A DNA stretch of 63,847 nt, filler included, from Stramenopiles sp. TOSAG23-2 (lineage: Eukaryota): NCBI GenBank assembly GCA_900128395.1. It is 11 parts of 11 records of this genome, joined end to end, with 100 filler letters (N's around TTAATTAATTAA, not from the genome) between each part and the next. Parts side by side here need not be neighbours in the genome. Positions count along the whole stretch, not along the records: positions 40,740 to 46,447 come from LT650608.1; positions 46,548 to 52,249 come from LT650609.1; positions 52,350 to 58,050 come from LT650610.1; 8 more parts are not named here. One strand, given 5' to 3'. The notes below the pieces were generated by a model. It ran no database searches and was not told where the DNA came from. It saw only the letters and a list, made by a program, of their open reading frames with translations. Shown in pieces: positions 46,447-55,300 of this stretch (position 1 is its first letter; each line of letters begins with the position of its first letter). A program made the position numbers and the translations under genes.

Positions 46447-46794
46447 CNNNNNNNNNNNNNNNNNNNNNNNNNNNNNNNNNNNNNNNNNNNNTTAATTAAT
46501 TAANNNNNNNNNNNNNNNNNNNNNNNNNNNNNNNNNNNNNNNNNNNNTCTCTGGACAGCCCCAATGCACTCTAATGCAGGGGAAATGTTATTAATTTCAT
46601 TATACCGCCAACAACCAGCCAGCCAGCTGGGCCAGCCAGGTATTAATAATGTAGCTATAGTAAAAAAAAGAAGTTATTAAATTGCCCAGAGGGAGGATCG
46701 CAGTGTGTATTTGTTGGTAATACCGTCGTTGTAAACAAAAATTGAATAAAACCATTTGTATAGATTTATTTATCTATATATATATATATATATT

Positions 46795-48739
46795 ATGTCA
46801 TCTAGTAGTAGTAGTAGTAGTAGTAGCGATTCATCGTCATCCTCCTCCTCAAGTGAAGATGAAATGGAAAATGAAAGAGAAATGATATCAACAACAACAA
46901 AATTAGAGAAAGCAAAATCAAATGCAAACCGTACGTTGCCATCTGCACCAAGTGAATATATTGACGAAAGTATGTATACTACAATATTATTGATGTATCA
47001 ATATGTTGAGCCAATGTGGACAAAGAAAGAACATAAATTAGCACGTAAAACGGTCATTGAATTGGCAGCAAAACATCATATTACTGGTCGAGGACGTTGT
47101 GCACGTGAAGGTCTGAACTGTACATTAACTGGCCAAGCACAAAATATAAGGGGTTTTTGTAATGCTTTGCGAAAATGGAATCCTATATTTCTGCAAACAG
47201 ATTTTAAATTTACAGATGGTGTACCGATAGGAAAGCAATTTAAAAGTTTAACAATGAGAAAAGTAGACGAATTAGTGGCTTATAAATTGGAAGGAGAAGC
47301 AGCTCCATCATTAACTCATTCAGCTGGCGTTCATTTAGAAGCTGATAAATATGATAAAATGTTACGGCAATCTGATACAGTTGTAATAGATGTAAGAAAT
47401 GCATATGAAAGTGCTATTGGTCATTTTCAACCACCATCAACAGGGGCAACATTAATTGATCCAAAAATGAGAAATAGTAAAGATTTTGGTAAGTAAATAT
47501 ACAGATACATACACATACACACACATATGTATAAACTTATTACACATAATAAATTGAAGAGATGAAATGTTTTGGCGGGACAAGCCTCTCCTTGGTCGTT
47601 CTTGGAGTGGAAGCAGTCTTGGGTAGAGATTCGGTACAGTGGAACTCTACTTTTTAAGGCCTATTATATAGCGTATGACGTTGGCCCCTGCCAATTCTGA
47701 TCTTTGTTCATGTTGTACACACACACACACACACACACACATACATTTATTCATCAAATACAATGTTTGACTTATTTCTAACTGAATATATATATCTATA
47801 GCACCATGGTTAAATATGCCAGAAACGAAAAAAAAATTAAATGGTAAAAAAGTAATGATGTATTGTACAGGTGGAATTAGGTGTGAACGAGCTACTGCTT
47901 TGTTAAATGATATGACTGCAGTAGATCCAAGTTTTAAAACACAAGGTGTATATGAGCTTCGTGGAGGTGTTGATAGGTATTTAAAAACATTTCCTGATGG
48001 TGGATTATGGAAAGGTAAAAATTATGTATTTGATAGAAGATTAGTACAAGTTCCAGAAAATAAAACGATTGAAAAATTAAATGCTGATATTGAAAGTAAA
48101 TGTGTTGTATGTAGAAAGCTGTGGGATGAATATCGTGGTAAATATAAATGTGCAATGCGTGAATGTGGTGTACCTGTAATTGTTTGTATTGATTGTGTAC
48201 AAGATACGGAAACTCCTTTAAATATTAAGTCATTACAATGCGAACTTTGTAGAGAAAATTATAAAGCTCCACGTGCAAGGCCAAATTTAAAAAGTATTAA
48301 AAAACAAGTATTGAAAAGACAACATCAAGTAGCTTCGTCAAGTAGTAGTAATAATAATAATATGCAATTAAAAAAGAAGAGGAAAACAGATTTTAGTAGT
48401 AGTAATACTGGTAATGTCACTGCAAGAATATTTGTTGGGAAAATGCCATTTATCGTTACAGCAACAGAATTAAAATCTGTATTATTACCAAATGAGAAAA
48501 ATGTTGATAATAAAATTGAAATTATTGAATGGAAAAAAGATTATAAAACTGGAATATTTTATGGTTCAGCATTTGTTAAATTTAAATCAGCAAGTGATGC
48601 ACAGATTGTTTTTGAAACGAATATGGAACAACCTATAATATTAAAAGGAAAAAAATTAAAAATTAATTTAGCACCATTACGAGATGGTGAGATATGGCCG
48701 AAAAAAAATCATACGAATGAAGAAAGACCACCAATGTAA
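46795..48739 (+). CDS. TrhO/TSTD2 (UPF0176) rhodanese-domain protein with C-terminal RRM; exons 46795-47488 and 47802-48739
   Basis: [49 protein letters not shown], then RRM (IFVGKMP...GSAFVKF). Phase-1 intron 47489-47801 (GTAAGT...TTCTAAC...TAG) gives KDF-A-PWLNM in frame. Confidence 0.9.
47555..47710 (+). ncRNA. Candidate intron-encoded structured RNA with box C/D-like ends
   Basis: GC-richer island in an AT/CA-repeat intron; GAGATGA at the 5' end and CTGA at the 3' end; AAGA/TCTT closing pairs; outer stem TTGGCGGG/CCTGCCAA; internal hairpins. Confidence 0.55.
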
Positions 48740-49043
48740 ATTTAATTATATATATTACTTAGTGGAAATGTATCCATTTCTGTGTTATTTTACACGACGG
48801 ATCTATGTAAAAGGGTTTTTTCAAATTTAAATATCTCTCTAACTTGTACTTCGTAAAATTTTCAACCTTCTTCTTTATTACCTGCTTTTCAGATATAAGC
48901 TATACCAGGTAGATCTACTATGTATCGCACTATCATTGAAATTAATGCATGTGATTTTAAAAAATTTGACCATTCCATCCAGCGGTGATTTTGATAACTA
49001 TACCATTTTCATCGCACCCCCTTCGTCGTCGTTGCCATGCACA

Positions 49044-50435
49044 ATGATTCAGACAAAGTTTACGAAATTGTTTAAATGTAAAATACCAATATTAGGCGCA
49101 CCCATGGCAGGAGTTAGTGGTGGGTTGCTTGCATCAACAACAACAAATGCACATGCTTGCGGTTTAATTGCTGGGGGTTACTTAGATAATTTAGAAAAAT
49201 TAAACAAGGAAATTCAGATATACCGTTCGAATACAATGGAAGGAACGCCAGTTCATATAGGGTTTATTGGGTACGCTGCTATGAAAGATGGGTTAGAACG
49301 GGTTGAATCTGTTCTAAAACAGCACCAACCATTCTCTGTACAATTTTTTGCCCCGGCACATACACCTAATGGAACATTTCAAAATTTTGAATTGGCAAGA
49401 AAATATAACTGTAAAATAATAGCGCAAGTTGGTTGTGAAAAAGATGCAATAGATTGCTTAGAAGCTGGGGTTGACTGTTTAGTAGCACAAGGCACAGAAG
49501 CAGGGGGGCATGGTTTACATTCAGAATTGGGATCTGGTACTTTACCCTTTTCAAGGCGTTGCGTTGAACTTGCTGACCAAATTTCTTCACACACAAGTGT
49601 TTTGGCTGCAGGTGGAATTACAGATGGGAAAGGACTTGCAGCAGCATTAAGTTTAGGGTGTGATGGTGCAGTTTTTGGTACTCGTCTATGGGCAAGCAAG
49701 GAGGCACTTGGTCATGTAAAATTAAAATCTATGTTAAACGATGCAACGTGTGATGATATTATACGAACAAATGTTTTTGATAAAATAATAGGAGCAACAA
49801 GTCCAAATCCGTGGGAATATCCTTTTGATTCTGTTGGTTGTATACACAATGAAACATCAAAGAAATATCATGGAAAAGAAGATGTTGAGTTGGATAATGA
49901 TTTAAAAGAAGTTGGTGACAACAATTTATTAAATATTTATAAAACAGCGGTGGAAAATGGTAATGGGGATATTTGTGGCGTATGGGCTGGGGAAGGTGTT
50001 GGTATGATAACAAATTATAACATTTCTGCAAATGAAATTATCAAAACTGCAGAAATTGAGTGTCTTGAACAAATTGAAAAATTAAAATCAATGGTAAAAG
50101 TCAGTGTCGTCAACAACAAGTACATGCACGAGGGCAAGCAAGTGGTGCGGATCACTGGTTGTGGTGAAATGAGGTCGGGGTTCGGGAGCAAAATCATTTA
50201 TGCCGATGGTACCACGAAAGAGTCAAGCAGGTATGATGCGTTTGACGACCTTATAGAAGAGTTCGACTTTGTTGTCTATAAGAGAATGCAAACTGACCGG
50301 TACCATGGTGGCCCATCGTTTGAGGCAGTTCCTAAAGAGGACCCAGGAGAGTGGGAGGAATTTGGAGAGAAACCGATAAACAGGATGACATCGACTCAGT
50401 ATGGTTGGCGGAGGAAGGGTTGCGGCCATACATAA
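49044..50435 (+). CDS. Nitronate monooxygenase (2-nitropropane dioxygenase) family flavoprotein with a C-terminal extension
   Basis: PILGAPMAGVSGG, VAQGTEAGGHG, LAAGGITDGKG, VFGTR, WAGEGVG. Confidence 0.9.
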   Translation: MIQTKFTKLFKCKIPILGAPMAGVSGGLLASTTTNAHACGLIAGGYLDNLEKLNKEIQIYRSNTMEGTPVHIGFIGYAAMKDGLERVESVLKQHQPFSVQFFAPAHTPNGTFQNFELARKYNCKIIAQVGCEKDAIDCLEAGVDCLVAQGTEAGGHGLHSELGSGTLPFSRRCVELADQISSHTSVLAAGGITDGKGLAAALSLGCDGAVFGTRLWASKEALGHVKLKSMLNDATCDDIIRTNVFDKIIGATSPNPWEYPFDSVGCIHNETSKKYHGKEDVELDNDLKEVGDNNLLNIYKTAVENGNGDICGVWAGEGVGMITNYNISANEIIKTAEIECLEQIEKLKSMVKVSVVNNKYMHEGKQVVRITGCGEMRSGFGSKIIYADGTTKESSRYDAFDDLIEEFDFVVYKRMQTDRYHGGPSFEAVPKEDPGEWEEFGEKPINRMTSTQYGWRRKGCGHT

Positions 50436-50671
50436 AATATATTAGATAACTTAACTCGTTCTTTCATATATATGATATAATTCGATATAACTCGGCCATG
50501 AACATTTAATCTGCATCTACATTTGTTCTCTCGATTGTACCAGTTGTTCGTGTATTTTTTTTTTATTCTAATCTATCTAATGAAATCATACCAGGTGTAT
50601 AGATAATATTTTTAAATGGTATATTTTAATAAGTATATTATAAATACATACGAAGTAAATGTAATATTTAA

Positions 50672-51874
50672 TCACATTTTATTTGTTTTTGCAAAATTTT
50701 TACTCTTCTTTTTCTTTTCTTTATATTTATCAAATGCTTCTTGTGCCATCTTTGCATATTCAGCACTATTTGCTTTTTGTTGTGCAACTGTTCGTTTTAC
50801 TACTTGTACAACATCTTGATCATGTAATTCATGTTTTAATCCACAACGTTGTGGACTATGTCGTGTACTTGTACCCCATACCAATGCATAATTAAATTCA
50901 CTTATTAATGATTTATGTATATGACGACATAAATGTTCAATCGTAACACCACCTGTACGATCTTCACTAACAATAACTGGTTCCCAGCTTGGCGGTTCCC
51001 CACGACGTTTAGTATATATTCGTACCAATCCCATTGCATCCCATAAGCGTCGTAATAAAAAATCAAAATTTAATTTCCACATAACAGATGCAACAACTGT
51101 ATCCGGTGTATTTGCTAATCTTTCTGTCTCTTCAATACTTATCATATCGATTTTATTATATAAATATAAACAACGCACGTATTTACGATTACCTTCAATA
51201 ACATCAATTAATTGATCACCTATTATTTCTTGCCTAATAATTAACTCTGCATTGTGAATTTTATATTCTTGTAATATACCTTTCACCGTTTTCGTTGGAT
51301 CATCTCCTAATTTCGTTTGATCGCATGTAAATGTTATTTTAACACCACCAGTTTTTTTTTTCGTATATGTAATTTTCGGTGGTTTTTGATTTAAACGAAT
51401 GCCGACTAAATTTAATTCTTTTTCTAAAATGTGTTTATGATTTTTCATTTGTTCTTTCGCTGCATCCAATACTATTAAAATTAAATCCGCTGTCTTTGCA
51501 CAAGCAACAACTTGCCTTCCACGCCCACGTCCATATGCTGCACCTTCAATAATACCAGGCAAATCCAACATTTGAATTTTTGCTTCATTATATATAATAT
51601 TTCCTGGAATAGCAGTTAAAGTTGTGAATTCATATGCTGCTGCTTCACTTTCTGTACCTGTTAATGCGCCTAATAAAGACGATTTACCGACGGATGGAAA
51701 GCCAATTAATGCTACACGCCCATCCCCACTTTTTGCCACTTCAAAACCTTCTCCTTTACCACCACCACCACCTTTCCCCCCTTCCGTCAATAATTGAGTT
51801 CTTAACTTTGCTAATTGTGCTCTTAAACGCATTAAATGACTATTGGTTGCTTTGTTTTTTTGAGTACGTGCCAT
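50672..51874 (-). CDS. DRG2: Developmentally regulated GTP-binding protein (DRG, DRG2/Rbg2-like)
   Basis: MARTQKNKATN, GFPSVGKS, YEFTTLT, DLPGIIEGA, NKID, TGS domain. Confidence 0.88.
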   Translation of the reverse strand: MARTQKNKATNSHLMRLRAQLAKLRTQLLTEGGKGGGGGKGEGFEVAKSGDGRVALIGFPSVGKSSLLGALTGTESEAAAYEFTTLTAIPGNIIYNEAKIQMLDLPGIIEGAAYGRGRGRQVVACAKTADLILIVLDAAKEQMKNHKHILEKELNLVGIRLNQKPPKITYTKKKTGGVKITFTCDQTKLGDDPTKTVKGILQEYKIHNAELIIRQEIIGDQLIDVIEGNRKYVRCLYLYNKIDMISIEETERLANTPDTVVASVMWKLNFDFLLRRLWDAMGLVRIYTKRRGEPPSWEPVIVSEDRTGGVTIEHLCRHIHKSLISEFNYALVWGTSTRHSPQRCGLKHELHDQDVVQVVKRTVAQQKANSAEYAKMAQEAFDKYKEKKKKSKNFAKTNKM

Positions 51875-52349
51875 CTCATTTTCATAAAAATTTTATATGT
51901 TTTATTTTCGTATATATTATATATATATATATATTATTGGTTTTAAAATAAACGCATCCAACACTACATCACATCATTACACAAACAATTATTTTTATCA
52001 CTAGTAATTCTGTCAATCTATTTAAACACGCAGATATATCAAATATTATTACATTTTTTATGACATGATCATCTATAAACTGTGTGTATATATAATAATA
52101 TATTTTACCTAATTTTTGTTTTTGCTATTCCGTATTTATCTTTGTTGCTTTTTGATAATATGTATGTGTATGTATGTATTCTACATTTATATCTTGCATC
52201 TACGCCTTCAATATATATTCATTCCTTCTCTCTCTCTCTCTTTCTTGATNNNNNNNNNNNNNNNNNNNNNNNNNNNNNNNNNNNNNNNNNNNNTTAATTA
52301 ATTAANNNNNNNNNNNNNNNNNNNNNNNNNNNNNNNNNNNNNNNNNNNN

Positions 52350-55300
52350 GTGACAAACTACGATGAGGTTAAAAATTCTATTATTGAAACGTTGGAGAAA
52401 TTGAGAGATCAACCAAGGCGAAAAGAAGAACCTGTCATATACCATTTGGATGTTGCTGCGATGTATCCAAATATCATTTTAACAAATCGTTTACAGCCAA
52501 CTGCAATTGTTGATGATTCAATATGTGCTACTTGCGATTTCAATCGTGCGGAAAATGCATGTAAACGTAAAATGACGTGGACATGGAGAGGCGATATGTA
52601 CCCAAGTACACGATCGGAATATAATTCTATTAAAAACCAAGTGGAACATGAAATGGCAAATGAGCTAACGCGCATGAGTTTAGGGTACGAGGCCAATACG
52701 AACAAAGATAAAAATCGTAATATAAATATGAAACAAGGATATAGGGAGCAAACACGAGAACAAGCATTGGATACTGCAGTTAAGAAACGTTTAAAAACAT
52801 ATTGCCAAACGGTTTATAAAAAAGTAAAAGTTACCGTAGAAGAAGATAGGGAAGATATTGTTTGTCAGCGTGAGAATCCATTTTACGTAGATACCGTACG
52901 TGCATTTCGTGATCGTCGTTATAAATATAAAAAATTAACGAAAAAATGGGCGAAGGAGGTAAAGGTTCAAGAAAGAACTGGTGATCAAATTAAATTAACA
53001 GATGCGAAAAATAAATCCGTTTTATACGACTCTTTACAATTAGCGCACAAATGTATTTTAAATTCATTTTATGGTTATGTGATGCGTCGCGGTGCTAGAT
53101 GGTATTCCATGCCAATGGCCGGTATCGTAACGAAGACTGGTGCAGATTTGATCAAGCAAGCGAGAGAATTAGTAGAACGTATCGGACGCCCGCTTGAATT
53201 GGATACGGATGGAATTTGGTGTATCTTACCGTCCTCCTTTCCAGAAAATTATAAATTCAAATTCAAAGATGGATCGAAGTTAAATATATCCTATCCATGT
53301 GTGATGCTTAACGCTGATGTGCATCAAAATTACACAAATGATCAATATCAAACCTTAGTCGATAAATCATTGCAAAATTACGATACGAAAAGCGAATGTT
53401 CCATTTTCTTCGAAGTGGATGGGCCATATAGATGTATGGTGTTGCCGGCATCGCAAGAGAAAGGTAAATTATTAAAAAAAAGATATGCTGTTTTCAACGA
53501 TGATGGTTCTTTAGCTGAATTAAAAGGTTTTGAAATCAAACGTCGTGGTGAATTGCAAATCATTAAATTATTCCAAGGTGAAGTTTTTGAAAAGTTCTTA
53601 AATGGCGAAACCATTGAAGAATGTTATGCAGCCGTAGGAGAAGTAGGAAAGCATTGGCTGAATATATTGTTAAATGAAGGAAATGATTTGGAAGATGAAG
53701 AATTAATTGATTTGATTTCTGAAAACAAAAATATGAGCAAAACGATGGCGGAATATGGTGATCGCAAAAGTACATCTATTACCGTTGCTAAGCGGTTGGC
53801 ACAATTTTTAGGCGCTGAAATGATTAAAGACAAAGGTTTAAATTGCCGCATGGTTATTTCGAAGTATCCAATCGGCGGTGCAACGTCAGAACGCGCCGTG
53901 CCAACTGCAATTTTCTCAGCAGACATGAACGTGCGTAAAAAATATTTAAAGAAATGGTCAAAAAAGAATGATATTGAATTTGGTATCCGCGATATTCTTG
54001 ATTGGCCATATTACACGAAAAGGCTTGCATCGAATATACAAAAAATTATTACCATTCCAGCTGGATTACAAAAAGTACCAAATCCAATTCCAAAGATAGT
54101 ACACCCTGATTGGTTGTTGAAAGCTGATAAAGATCGTGATGATCCTTTAAAACAGAAAAAAATTAGTGATATGTTCAAAGGAGTGCCTACAAAACCACTT
54201 AGTTTTGATATCGAAGATATTGGTAAAAACGGTTCATCTTCATTAACTAGTAATAATTTGCCAAAAGGAAATGGGGCTGCAACCATCTTCAGCAGTAGTA
54301 ATAGCAACAACAACAATAGGAATAACAACAATAAGAACAGCGGTAATGCCACCATGAATGTTGAAAATAATGACCCAAATTCGTTTGATGGATGGTTGAA
54401 GCAACGAAAATCCAAATGGAAAGCAAAACGTTTGGAACGAAAGCGAATAAGAAATGGCGTTATGAACGGTCGCCACCGTGGTGGTGGTGGTGATGGCGAT
54501 GAGTCTTCAAATAGTAATAACAGTAACATCAGGCAAGGTGTCGCAGCATTTTATCGTGGTCAAACGCGTGCAATTATGGAACATTATTGGCAAATTATTG
54601 AAGTACGTGAAACGATTATACCAGGAACGTTTGATATTTTCGCACTAACTGGCGCAGGTTCAATGCAAAAGATTAGGCTAAAGGTGCCACGTGTACTTTA
54701 TATAAATAGCCGTGTGCCACATGATACGGCAGGTAGACTAGTCAAACGATATTTACCACATGGTAAAAATTCGCAGTTTGTTTATGAATTCGTATTGGAA
54801 GAAACAAAATATCAACGCAACCCGAAGGAACTGTCAAATTTTTTAACGCATCCAGACTTTGAAGGTGTGTATGAAAGGCATACACCGTTGCTTTTTCGCG
54901 TGTTGGTACGATTAGGTTGTGTAGCTCGTGTTTCAAATTCTGCTTCCCTCGCCAGACGGCGTGCAAAGGCCGGTTCGGAAGAACGCGAGAGGCCGTACAA
55001 TCTAGATGAAATGGAATTTTTGACAACGGCAACACATAATTATTTAGATATTGAAAATGAAAGTAAAAACAATATCAAGCGCATATATTTATATCATAGT
55101 CGAGTTGGCGATAGGGGCGTAGTTGGTTTTTTCTTCATCGGTCAACGTGTTGGAGAAGAAGGGGAAAACTATCTTGCTGAATCCTGTGTATGGGTAGTCG
55201 ATAAAGGGAAAAAGAAAAACGGCGAAGAGAATCAAATGTTGCCGAAATTAAATGCGACATTCAAACGTTTCGCACCTAAAGAGTCAAAGTGTGTTTTCCA

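Larger units (their letters stand above)
40740..46447. repeat. Whole-contig palindrome centred at 43593/43594
   Basis: The arms are reverse complements with no spacer, and the centre lies in a (TA)n tract. One mismatch noticed (40790 vs 46397). Confidence 0.97.

Noticed and set aside
47555-47710. TPP riboswitch, U3, RNase P/MRP or SECIS identity for the intronic RNA
   Set aside because: Lacks CUGAGA/ACCUGAU (TPP), the U3 5' GAC/A boxes, the P4 consensus of RNase P/MRP and SECIS geometry; left as unidentified
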